From positions 164,097 to 212,473 of the forward strand of contig JBBQEX010000005.1 in NCBI GenBank assembly GCA_038321315.1: a stretch of DNA of 48,377 bases. The letters are read 5' to 3'. This stretch comes from Haliangiales bacterium (GTDB lineage Bacteria; Myxococcota_A; Polyangia; Haliangiales; Haliangiaceae). Position 1 is the stretch's first letter. Every line of letters begins with the position of its first letter. Both the position numbers and the translations under genes were made by a program. This document shows, one piece after another, positions 30,338 through 39,240 of this stretch. The notes under the pieces are model-generated. The model saw nothing but the letters and a program-made list of their open reading frames with translations. It did not search any database and had not been told where the DNA came from.

Positions 30338-30538
30338 CGCCTGATCACGCTAAGGAAAATGCCGCACCGGGTCAAGAAGTTTTGACGCGGCATGTCGTGA
30401 AGCGAGACTAGGAGTGCAACATTACAGTCGAAATCCAAGATGAGATTTCTGCGATCGTTGTGAATTATCAGATGGTGAGTCCGCTACAGCGCTGCGGTCG
30501 CGCGATTCGTGTACGCGCCATCACCGGAATCGGTGGAA

Positions 30539-30945
30539 CTACAGCGGCGCGGCATAGCAGAAGCGCGGGCCAAGCTTCTCGGTACAGTCCCGAGCGGCGG
30601 CGACGCCGAGCGCGTTGTCGTGGAGGCACAGGCGCGAGATGGTCGGAACGAGTTGCGAAGACTCGCCGACGAGGGCGTGCGCTCCCTCATCGGTGATGGC
30701 GTTGTCTTGCAACAGCAGATCGACGACGCGCGCAGCCGCTGGGGCTTCGGCGAGGGCGCGCGCGCCGGCGTCACCGAGCCGATTCCCGTTGAGAAAGATC
30801 CTGAGCGGCAGGCGAGGGGCGCGCGCGAGGATGGCGCCAGCCTCGGGGCCCAGCTGGTTGTGATCGAGCTCGATCACGTCGAGCCGCGCGAAGGCAGGGT
30901 GCGCCACGATCTTCGCGAGGCCGGCATCGTCGATCGCGCAGCGGC
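30539..30945 (-). pseudogene. Frameshifted C-terminal continuation of the TIGR02996/LRR gene (LRR units in the -1 frame)
   Basis: The alternative frame reads AIDDAGLAKIVAHPAFARLDVIELDHNQLGPEAGAILARAP...LLLQDNAITDEGAHALVGES..., clearly LRR, continuing the upstream gene after a single-nucleotide frame change around 30930..30950. Confidence 0.45.
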
Positions 30946-33573
30946 AAGGGTCATCCCGCGTAGCTCTGGGAGGGCGTCGAGGAGAGCGATCGCTCCGTCG
31001 GCGCCCAGCTCGCAGTCCCGCAACAGCAGCCTGCGGAGCAGTGGCAGGCTGGCGAGCGAACGCACGATCTCGGGGCCGAGACGGCGATCGACGCACGGGC
31101 CGACCACCAACCGGCGCAGGGTCTTCGCGACGCGCCCGCGTGCGAGCGCGCCCAGGGCCATCTCGTCGAACCGGTTCTCGCCGAGGTCGAGACTCACGAG
31201 CTCGAGCTCGGCAAGCGCCGCGACACCCACATTGCCTACACCCACGTTCGAGATATCGAGCCACGCGAGCCCGGACGCCGAGGCGAGCGCCGCAACACCC
31301 CCGTCACCGATGGCGATTCCGCCGAGCTGCAAGCGTTCCACGCCAAGCTTCGCCAGCGTCCGCGCGCCTCGGACCCCGATCGGATTGCCGCCCAGATCGA
31401 GGTGCTTGAGCGACGGCAGCCGCGTCAACGGCGCCACATCGTCATCGGCGAGCTGGCAATGATCGAGCCTCAGGTCCTTCAACCTCGTGAAGCGGCTCGC
31501 GCCTCCCGCGCCGAACAACGCGCCCGTCGCGGCGCGGAGCGCCACTTCACCGAGGTCGAGCGTTTGCAGCTGGTCTCGCGGCCCGATCGATCCGACCTCC
31601 TCGATCGAGAGCTGCGCACCGCGCAGCCCCAGCTCGCGGAGGTCGGGAAACCGTCCCGCGAGCCGACGCACGATCTGGTCTCCGAATCGCTCGAGGGTCT
31701 CGCCGTCCGGTCCATCCACCGCGAACACGGGCCTCTTGAAATCGAGGATCGTGAGTCGCTCGAGCCTCGGATCGTCGAGCACGCGCGCCGGGTCATCGAT
31801 GACCTCGTTGCGGTAACTCCTGAAGTAAAGGCCCTGCAGTGGTGGCGAGAGCGCGAAGGCCTCGTCGAGATTCGCGGCGTACGTGCCCCAGCGCACCTCG
31901 ATGCCCTCCACGAACCCGCGGTCCCACCGATATCCGCGCTTGCCCCACGCGCGCCCGTGCTGCGCGAGCAGCTGCTCGACGCGGATGGTTAGCAACTCGC
32001 GCTCCGGATCGTCCTCGTGGAGGCCGGCGATCCTGCATTGCGCGACGATCAGCTCGCCTCGCGGGTCGCCGCGTTCGGTGAGGAGGTCGGCCCACACGAG
32101 CCGCGGCGCGTCGTCGTCCGGGGTCGCCGCGATCTGCGCGAGGATGCTCGCGTCGGCGAGCTTGGCCATCGCGCGCTCGAGATACGGCCGGTCGTCGTCG
32201 TCCTTTGGAAGCCGCGCGCGCTCCCACGCGAGATCCTCGATGGCACCCTCGACGTCGCCGGCCATCGCCCGAAACTCCGAGCGCCACCGCCGCCAGCCGG
32301 GCAGCTCGCGCCCGAGCATCTCCGCGAGCGCCGCGAAGACGCGAAGCCCGAACCTCCCGGTCGCCGGCGTGCTCGCCTCGTAGCCGACCGACGATCGGAT
32401 GAAGTGATAGACGTCGACCCCGTCCTTCAACGTGGCCAGCTCCGCTTCGGCCGCCGCCGACAAGATGGGTGCGTCCACCTCCACCGAAGCCGCATCGGGC
32501 CAGTCGATGACGACCTCGAGGAGACGGCGATGGCTCAGACAGTCGCCGTAGACAAGGAGGTCGCGCAGCGCTTCGTGCGGCGACACGGCCGACAACCCGA
32601 CCAGCGTGCGACACAACACCTCGCGGAGTGGACGGCGCAGCACCTCGAGGAACTCGGCCGAGCCGCCGGCGATCATCGCCTGTAGCTCGGCCTCGGGACA
32701 TGCGCGCTCGCTGGTCACGCCCTCGTCGAAGTCTTCGATGAAGAGCTCGCCGTTTCGCCCGAGGTACGTCGTGTGCAGGCGCGAACCCCCGATCACGACC
32801 TGCATGCCGTCTCGGATCCCGGCGATCACGCGTTGGATCTCGTCCGCGCCGAGCTCGAGCGTGCTGCGCGGTGGCTCGCGGGTCACGTGCGCGTACGTGG
32901 ACGTCGAGATGAATTGAAACGTCGCGCGGCAGCGCGTACAGCGCAAGCGCCCGGCACGCCACGCGTCCCCGGTCTCCACGCTCGTGAGCGTGACGAACTG
33001 CGACCGCGGGAACGCGCGGATGTCGCCGTTCGTCATCCCATCCCAGACCGCGCACGAACACGGCGCGGGGGTGCGGGACTCCCACGCGATCCCCATCTGT
33101 TGTTCGCGCGCAGCCGGCACGTTCGCGCGGAAGATCCGCACGTACGCGGCCGCCTCCTCGGCGCGCCCGACGGCCGGCTCGGAGAGTTGCTCGACGAGTG
33201 CGCGCGCGACACGCTCCCGATCCTCGCCGTCGCCCGCGGCGCGCACGAGGCGATCCGCGAGCATCATCGGATCGGCGACGTGCGGTTCGAGCAGGGCATC
33301 CGCGAATTCGAGATGATCCCTCGTGATGAGCGACGTCACCACGACGGCGCTGTCGTCGTCGTCCCAGGCGCGCGGCGATCCGTAGACGCCCTGATCGAGA
33401 TCGAGCGTCCGCCGGAGCAGCACGTCGGGCTCCCCGGGATGCACGAGGTCGAGGCGGGTCCAGGCGCCTTCTCGCCGCGCGCTCCAGCTCATCGCATCGA
33501 TCTCGTCGGGCGTGTTCGCGCGAACGACCAGCACGGTCAGCGACCGCGTCGGCGACCGAGGTTGCGCGGCCAT
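30874..33573 (-). CDS. Large hypothetical protein: N-terminal unknown domain + TIGR02996 repeat-companion domain + RNI-like leucine-rich repeats (main frame)
   Basis: RLVWADLLTERGDPRGELIVAQCRIAG matches the TIGR02996 signature. LRR units follow (LKHLDLGGNPIGVRGARTLA, LDISNVGVGNVGVAALA, ...). The last 20 or so residues of this frame (MTLAAARSTMPASRR...) are non-LRR garbage, consistent with a frameshift near 30940. Confidence 0.75.
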   Translation of the reverse strand: MAAQPRSPTRSLTVLVVRANTPDEIDAMSWSARREGAWTRLDLVHPGEPDVLLRRTLDLDQGVYGSPRAWDDDDSAVVVTSLITRDHLEFADALLEPHVADPMMLADRLVRAAGDGEDRERVARALVEQLSEPAVGRAEEAAAYVRIFRANVPAAREQQMGIAWESRTPAPCSCAVWDGMTNGDIRAFPRSQFVTLTSVETGDAWRAGRLRCTRCRATFQFISTSTYAHVTREPPRSTLELGADEIQRVIAGIRDGMQVVIGGSRLHTTYLGRNGELFIEDFDEGVTSERACPEAELQAMIAGGSAEFLEVLRRPLREVLCRTLVGLSAVSPHEALRDLLVYGDCLSHRRLLEVVIDWPDAASVEVDAPILSAAAEAELATLKDGVDVYHFIRSSVGYEASTPATGRFGLRVFAALAEMLGRELPGWRRWRSEFRAMAGDVEGAIEDLAWERARLPKDDDDRPYLERAMAKLADASILAQIAATPDDDAPRLVWADLLTERGDPRGELIVAQCRIAGLHEDDPERELLTIRVEQLLAQHGRAWGKRGYRWDRGFVEGIEVRWGTYAANLDEAFALSPPLQGLYFRSYRNEVIDDPARVLDDPRLERLTILDFKRPVFAVDGPDGETLERFGDQIVRRLAGRFPDLRELGLRGAQLSIEEVGSIGPRDQLQTLDLGEVALRAATGALFGAGGASRFTRLKDLRLDHCQLADDDVAPLTRLPSLKHLDLGGNPIGVRGARTLAKLGVERLQLGGIAIGDGGVAALASASGLAWLDISNVGVGNVGVAALAELELVSLDLGENRFDEMALGALARGRVAKTLRRLVVGPCVDRRLGPEIVRSLASLPLLRRLLLRDCELGADGAIALLDALPELRGMTLAAARSTMPASRRSWRTLPSRGST

Positions 33574-33639
33574 CTGACCGACGATAGCCGGCCGAGCGGC
33601 GCGACCGATCGGATCAGCGCACCGATTCCACCGTCCGCG

Positions 33640-35085
33640 CTAGGCCACGAGACCCGGTGCGGTCGCGACGTCGGACTCTGCCATCGGCGCCGAGGGCTCG
33701 ACGAGCACCGGCTTGCCGCTCTCGGTCGCGTAGCCCGGTGCGCCCATCTCGGGGATGTCGAGGCCGCCGATCTCGTCCTCGATTGGCACGCGATTGCCGA
33801 CGAGCTTGCCGATCACCTTGAGCGCGACCCAGGTCACCGGCGCGACCCACAGGATGTTGATCACGATGCCGATGCACTCGGCGGCGAACTGACCGGCATC
33901 GCCGTAGAGCAGGCCGGTCACGTTGCCGGCGACGCCATTGGTGCCGTCGCCGTAGGTGCCGTTCGCGAACAGGCCGAGCGCGACGATGCCGAACGCGCCG
34001 TTGACGCCGTGGACCGCGATCGCGCCGACCGGGTCGTCGATCTTGAGCTTCTTCTCGATGAACAGGGCGGCGTACACGACGAGGACGCCGGAGATCGCGC
34101 CGATCAGGACCGCTGCCCACGGTGCCACGAACGCGCACGGCGCCGTGATCGCCACCATGCCGGCCAGCATGCCGTTGCAGATCATCGAGACGTCGGGCTT
34201 GCCGAACCGGAACTTGGTGACGAGGAACGCCACGAACGCGCCGGAGGCAGACGCGAGCATCGTGTTGACCGCGATCACCGCGATCCGCGAGTCCATGCCG
34301 GAGAGCGTCGAGCCCGCATTGAAGCCGAACCAGCCGAACGCGAGGATGAACGTGCCGATCACGACCATCGAGATGTTGTGCGCGGGGATCGGGTTCGCGG
34401 TGCCATCCTTGTTGTACTTGCCTCGTCGCGCGCCGATCAGCTTGGCGCCGACGAAGGCGATCACGCCGCCGGTCATGTGCACGACGGAGCTGCCGGCGAA
34501 GTCGACGTGCCCGTGGCCGAGCCCGAAGTTCGTGCCGAGCGTGGAGAGCCATCCGCCACCCCACACCCAGTTCGCGAACACCGGATAGATCAGCGTCGAG
34601 ATCACGAAGCTGAACAGCACGAACGAGCTGAACTTCCAGCGCTCGGCCATCGCCCCGGTCGGGATCGTCGCCGTGGTGTCCATGAACACCATCTGGAACA
34701 GGAACATCGCCGCGACCGGGCCCGTGAACATCGTCGTCGGCAAGAAGAAGCCCTTCATGCCGAACAGGCCGAACGTGTGGCCGGCGAGGGTGACCGTGAA
34801 CTCGTGGTCGAGGGTGGCGTCGCCGCCGAAGATCGAGCCGACGCCGCCCATCTGCAGCGCGAATCCGACGGCCCAGAAGCCCAGGATGCCGATCGCGTAC
34901 ACCGACAAGTTCATCGCCATCGTATGCGCGACGTTCTTGGCGCGTACGAGGCCGGTCTCGACGAGCGCGAAGCCCGCTTGCATGAACATCACCAGGAAGC
35001 CCGCGATGAGCGTCCACATGATGTTGGTGCTGACCTGGGTGTCGGCGAGTTGCTTAGCGAGGTCGGACACTGACGGATCTGGCAT
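33640..35085 (-). CDS. amt: Ammonium transporter (Amt/MEP/Rh family)
   Basis: 11 to 12 TM helices with Amt signatures (DFAGSSVVHMTGG, GAFGIVALGLFAN). 481 aa. The start may be a downstream Met because the track start overlaps the CPA gene by 32 nt. Confidence 0.9.
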   Translation of the reverse strand: MPDPSVSDLAKQLADTQVSTNIMWTLIAGFLVMFMQAGFALVETGLVRAKNVAHTMAMNLSVYAIGILGFWAVGFALQMGGVGSIFGGDATLDHEFTVTLAGHTFGLFGMKGFFLPTTMFTGPVAAMFLFQMVFMDTTATIPTGAMAERWKFSSFVLFSFVISTLIYPVFANWVWGGGWLSTLGTNFGLGHGHVDFAGSSVVHMTGGVIAFVGAKLIGARRGKYNKDGTANPIPAHNISMVVIGTFILAFGWFGFNAGSTLSGMDSRIAVIAVNTMLASASGAFVAFLVTKFRFGKPDVSMICNGMLAGMVAITAPCAFVAPWAAVLIGAISGVLVVYAALFIEKKLKIDDPVGAIAVHGVNGAFGIVALGLFANGTYGDGTNGVAGNVTGLLYGDAGQFAAECIGIVINILWVAPVTWVALKVIGKLVGNRVPIEDEIGGLDIPEMGAPGYATESGKPVLVEPSAPMAESDVATAPGLVA

Positions 35086-36331
35086 GACTATTCTCCTGGT
35101 TAGTGAACAGAGATCTGCGGGCGAGTGCCCACTTGAGAAGGGGAGGACTGATCACCGTCGTGACGAGCACGACGATGACGACGCTTGAGAACATCGTGTC
35201 GTCGATCACCGGTCGGCCGCCGATCGACAGGTGGCGCCCGACATCGGCGACGATGAGGCCGACCTCGCCGCGCGGGATCATCCCGACGCCGATCGCGAGG
35301 CGATCGAGGCCACGATCGGACACCCCGAGACCACACACCTGCTTGCCGAGGACCGCCGCCCCGCACAGGAGGCCGGCGATCGCGAGCACGTCCGCGTGGG
35401 CGAACACGCGCAGGTCGAAGCCGAGGCCCATGCGCACGAAGAACAGCGGCACGAGCACCGTCGAGAGCGGGCGCACCTCGTCGGCGAGCGAGCGCGGGGC
35501 GCGGTCGGCGAAGTCCTTGAAGTGAACCTGGTCGAGCACGAGCCCGGCGGCGAACGCGCCAACGATCGGCGCGAGCCCCGCGGCCCCCGCGGCCCACGAC
35601 GTCAGGAAGCAGATCGCGAGCGCGGTCACCAGCAGCATCGAGTGCACGCGCAGAAACGACGCCGCGCGAAACAGGTGCGGCGCGAGCCTGCCTCCGATGA
35701 GGATCGCACCGACCAGAAAGCCGATCGCCTTGATCACGACGATGGCGACTCCACCGGCGGCGAGCCCTTCGCCTCCGGCGGCGGCGATCACCATGCCCTG
35801 AACGATCGCGAGCACGACGAGACCCATGACGTCATCGATCACCGCGGCGCCGAGCACGATGCGCGCCTCGGTGCGCGCGGTCGCGCCGAGGTCCTTGAAC
35901 ACGCGCGCGGTGATGCCGACCGAGGTCGCCGCGAGCGTCGCGGCCACGAACAGCACCGCGGCGAGCGGGAGGTCCGGACGCACCCAGTGGAGCACGAGCC
36001 CGCCGAGCGCCATCGGTGCGATCACGCCGAGTGCGGCGACGCGCAACGCCGTCGCACCGACGCCGAGCATCTGCGCGACGCTCGACTCGAGCCCGACCTC
36101 GAAGAGGAGGAGCAGGAGGCCGATCCCGGCGACGGCCTCGAACAGCGGCGCGTCGCGCAGCGGCTCGGCGATGTCGATGCCGAGCAGCTGGAGGTTGCCG
36201 AGCACGATGCCGACCACGAGCTCGCCGATCACCGCGGGCTGTCCGAGGCGCTCGAACAGCTCGCCCATCGCCTTCGCGGCGACGAGCATCACCGTCAAGG
36301 CGACGAGCATGGTGCCGAACGAGCCCCCCAT
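35054..36331 (-). CDS. Cation:proton antiporter (CPA1/CPA2, Kef/NhaP-like)
   Basis: Polytopic membrane protein with a CPA-type Na+/H+ exchanger fold pattern. 425 aa. Immediately follows the porin gene with a 2-nt gap. Confidence 0.85.
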   Translation of the reverse strand: MGGSFGTMLVALTVMLVAAKAMGELFERLGQPAVIGELVVGIVLGNLQLLGIDIAEPLRDAPLFEAVAGIGLLLLLFEVGLESSVAQMLGVGATALRVAALGVIAPMALGGLVLHWVRPDLPLAAVLFVAATLAATSVGITARVFKDLGATARTEARIVLGAAVIDDVMGLVVLAIVQGMVIAAAGGEGLAAGGVAIVVIKAIGFLVGAILIGGRLAPHLFRAASFLRVHSMLLVTALAICFLTSWAAGAAGLAPIVGAFAAGLVLDQVHFKDFADRAPRSLADEVRPLSTVLVPLFFVRMGLGFDLRVFAHADVLAIAGLLCGAAVLGKQVCGLGVSDRGLDRLAIGVGMIPRGEVGLIVADVGRHLSIGGRPVIDDTMFSSVVIVVLVTTVISPPLLKWALARRSLFTNQENSHARSVSVRPR

Positions 36332-36333
36332 CG

Positions 36334-37605
36334 TCAGAACGCCGCGACCGCGCCCAGCGTGAAGGTCACCTGCTGCGACGTCGAGTACGGCATCGCATCG
36401 CTGCCGGAGAACGGCTTGTAGCTACCGAGCCCGCGATCGAGGCGCGCCTCGCCGCGCAGGAGCAGCCCGGCCGCGGGCGCGTACGTGAACGTCGCGGTTC
36501 CCTCGACGACGTTGCCCTTCATCGGCAACAGGATCCCGAGCGTCGGCGAGTCGTTGTCGTGGAAGTATTCGGCGCGGGCGGACACCGCCGACTTCGGGCT
36601 GGAATGCCAGCGCGCGTAGCCGGCGATGCCGGCGAAGATCTTGTCGCTCGGCAGCGAAGCGTCGATCGCGATGTCGCTGTTCGCGGCGAGCTCGAACGCG
36701 TCGGACACGGTCCACGTCGCGATCGTGTCGAACAGGTAGATCGCCTGGTCGAAGCTCGTCAGCTTGCCCTTGTCGCCGGGCTGCTCGTTGAACGCGCTGA
36801 AGTTCTGCGTCAGCGCGAGCGAAGGCGTCGGCTTGTAGATCACCGAGAGGCCCGGGCTCTTGAACGCGTTGCCCTCGAACGTGTTGTTGAGGCCGTTGAC
36901 GACGAACAGCGTCATCTCGAGCTGGTCGTTGGCGACCCAGTCGACCGCGATGCCGGTCTCGGTGAACGGGATCGCCCACGTGAACAGCAACGAGTGCGTG
37001 TAGTTCCAGTTCGCCTGCGACTCGATCACCTCCATGCCGTGGTGGGTGACCATCTTGCCGACCTTGAGCGTCAGCGCCGGCGTCGCGGCCCAGGCGACGT
37101 AGGCCTGTTCGAGGTTGCGCATGACGTCGTGGCCCATGCCCGACGCGGTGTCGGTCGCGTTGACGAGGTCGATCGTCTCGCCGAAGCCGACGTCGAGCCG
37201 GAACCCGACCGGCCCGGGCTTGCGCTCGAGCGTGATCTTCGCGAACGACACCGACGCGCCGTTGGCCTGGGTCTCGAACGCGTACAGCTCGTTCGGCGAC
37301 GTGTTGGTCGCGCTGCGCGCTGGGTTGAACGTCGCGTACGCGTCGAGCGATCCGGAGATCGTGACGCCAGCGATCGTCGGCGAGGTCGTCTGTGCGCTCG
37401 CGGCGACATCGGGTGCGGCCTTGGACGTGACGGCGGCCGTGGTCGCGGGTGTTGGTGGTGGGGTTGTCGGGGGTGGTGGTGGTTCAGCAGGTGGCCCGAC
37501 CTCCGATGGGGGATCGGTGGTGGCTTGTGGTGACTCCACATCAGCACTGACGTCGTGTGCCGAAATTAACAATACACCCGCCGCGACGAGAGCATTCGAC
37601 CTCAT
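36334..37605 (-). CDS. Outer-membrane beta-barrel porin-like protein with Pro-rich N-terminal linker
   Basis: ATG at 37605 has a strong SD (AAGAAGGAGGAGGAG-ATG). Signal peptide MRSNALVAAGVLLISAHDVSA. Alternating amphipathic beta-strands and a C-terminal Phe (TFTLGAVAAF). The track's upstream 55 aa are a non-coding extension. Confidence 0.75.
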   Translation of the reverse strand: MRSNALVAAGVLLISAHDVSADVESPQATTDPPSEVGPPAEPPPPPTTPPPTPATTAAVTSKAAPDVAASAQTTSPTIAGVTISGSLDAYATFNPARSATNTSPNELYAFETQANGASVSFAKITLERKPGPVGFRLDVGFGETIDLVNATDTASGMGHDVMRNLEQAYVAWAATPALTLKVGKMVTHHGMEVIESQANWNYTHSLLFTWAIPFTETGIAVDWVANDQLEMTLFVVNGLNNTFEGNAFKSPGLSVIYKPTPSLALTQNFSAFNEQPGDKGKLTSFDQAIYLFDTIATWTVSDAFELAANSDIAIDASLPSDKIFAGIAGYARWHSSPKSAVSARAEYFHDNDSPTLGILLPMKGNVVEGTATFTYAPAAGLLLRGEARLDRGLGSYKPFSGSDAMPYSTSQQVTFTLGAVAAF

Positions 37606-37926
37606 CTCCTCCTCCTTCTTGTGCCGCCACACTAGGCGTTCGAATGTTTCGGGCAGGTTGCCGCGCCGTAAATAATGCACTGCGTCATTTAGATCGTCGA
37701 CGGGAAAACACGAGAACGTGAACACTTCCCACGGGAAGCCCGGTTCACCGAGGCGCCAACAAAACCTCACCGCGGGCGATCATTCGCGAGGGTTCCGTAC
37801 TGGCGGTTGCCAAAACAACCGGTGAAGAGTCCGATTCGGCGATTATAGGTCTCGATGATCCTGCCGAATCAGACATCACCGTCGAAGCGCCGGACGCCGG
37901 GTGGGCTGTCGACGTATGATGGCCCG

Positions 37927-39216
37927 ATGCGAATTCCTTGGACTGTGGTGATGGTCGCGAACCTCGCGATCGTCGGGGTGGCCGGTGCCGATCGGCGGAC
38001 GGATATGCAAGGCGAGAACGCCGAGTACAAGCTCGACGACTACGACGCGAACAAGCCGACCGACTGGTTCGACGGCAAGGTGGCGAAGCCCGGCACCGAT
38101 CCGGCTCGGGCACTCGCATCCGTCGAGGTGTGCCTGCGGACCGCGGGCGTCGTGAAGCAGATGCTGACCGAGACGCCAGGCCTCGTGACGACCAAGCACG
38201 GCAAGGATGTCCCGGCGCGCCTCGACGCGCTGAACAAGTACTGCGCGACGATGCAGACCGTGGCGAACGCGGTCGGAAAGCAGGCGGCGGGCGCGACAGC
38301 GGACAAGGCGACTGCGGACAAGGCGGAGGCGGACCGCGAGGCGCGGCGAGCGGCCTGGCGCGCCGCGGCCCAGCCGTACTCCGCGACCATCGCGACGCTC
38401 GCGCCGTACTTCGATCCAACGATGCCGGCCAGCGGGTTCAGCGACGGTCTGCTCGATCAGATGCGCAGCGAGTTGCCGAAGGTCGCGAAGATCTGCCAGC
38501 AGTTCCCCGACCTCGTCGATCCACCGCATCCACGCAACGACGCGATGGATCGCCCCGTCGTCGTGTGCAAGATGGCCGCGGGCGGCATCGAGCCGATGGT
38601 CAAGCTCGCGCATCACGGGATGATCATGACGTCGGTCGAGATCAACAACGGCACCGCGATCCAGTCGATCAAGGACATGATGTCCAACCCCGACAAGCAG
38701 ATCGACGACGACACGCAGAAGCTGGTCTACGACCACGACGGGTGGGTGAAGGACCGCGACGCGTTCTACAAGCCGATCTTCGGCAAGAACGGCGAGTCGG
38801 TGCCGGCGGATATCTACAAGCCGGTCGAGGCGATGGTGCCCGAGCTCAAGGCCTTCATCGACAAGGTCGGCACCACGAACAAGTTCGAGATGTCACCCCA
38901 CCAGGATGCCGCGGCGCAGAAGCTCGTCATCGCCAAGCTCGCCGCGACGCGCCCGAACGCGACCGTCGTGAAGATCGGCAGCGACTACGTCGACTGGGTC
39001 GCGTACGACGAGAAGACCTTCGTGAAGAGCGACTCGACCTACGACTACTACCGGGTGAGCAAGGGCAAGGATCGCTACAAGCGCGGCTGGATGCTGGTCA
39101 AGTTCAAGGACCGTCCGTACTGCCAGGCGCGCGAGTGGATCGTGCACCGCGTGTACAACGGGACGGTCGCGGTCGACTGGCTCGCGCAGGGTGGGCTGTT
39201 CGTGAAGTGCGACTGA
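37927..39216 (+). CDS. Secreted hypothetical protein (Lys-rich), first gene of a two-gene unit with the P450
   Basis: ATG at 37927 begins the signal peptide MRIPWTVVMVANLAIVGVAGA. 429 aa. Lysine content is unusually high for a 70% GC genome. Ends 24 nt before the P450 gene. Confidence 0.75.
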   Translation: MRIPWTVVMVANLAIVGVAGADRRTDMQGENAEYKLDDYDANKPTDWFDGKVAKPGTDPARALASVEVCLRTAGVVKQMLTETPGLVTTKHGKDVPARLDALNKYCATMQTVANAVGKQAAGATADKATADKAEADREARRAAWRAAAQPYSATIATLAPYFDPTMPASGFSDGLLDQMRSELPKVAKICQQFPDLVDPPHPRNDAMDRPVVVCKMAAGGIEPMVKLAHHGMIMTSVEINNGTAIQSIKDMMSNPDKQIDDDTQKLVYDHDGWVKDRDAFYKPIFGKNGESVPADIYKPVEAMVPELKAFIDKVGTTNKFEMSPHQDAAAQKLVIAKLAATRPNATVVKIGSDYVDWVAYDEKTFVKSDSTYDYYRVSKGKDRYKRGWMLVKFKDRPYCQAREWIVHRVYNGTVAVDWLAQGGLFVKCD

Positions 39217-39240
39217 CTCGTGCCGGGGTAGCATCGACGC

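Larger units (their letters stand above)
30108..30375 (-). promoter_or_regulatory. Putative transcription attenuator of the ilvD-ilvB-ilvH-ilvC-leu supra-operon (promoter, leader ORF, anti-terminator/terminator)
   Basis: Candidate sigma70-like promoter TTGACC-N17-TAGCGT (minus strand, plus coordinates 30347..30375) lies about 10 nt upstream of the leader ATG. Leader ORF, anti-terminator complement and terminator are as described in the two preceding features. The region is markedly lower in GC than the flanking genes. Confidence 0.5.

Noticed and set aside
30140-30696. Plus ORFs 30140..30385 and 30460..30696 in the attenuator/promoter region
   Set aside because: Low GC3 with no coding signature. 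The region is better explained as the minus-strand leader/attenuator and promoter.
32773-35073. 766-aa plus ORF and minus ORF 33614..35017
   Set aside because: Antisense or alternative frame of the amt gene and the LRR gene; Arg/Asp-rich with no domains.
35231-37533. Plus ORFs 35231..36421 and 36016..37533; minus ORF 37071..37547
   Set aside because: Shadows of the CPA antiporter and porin genes.
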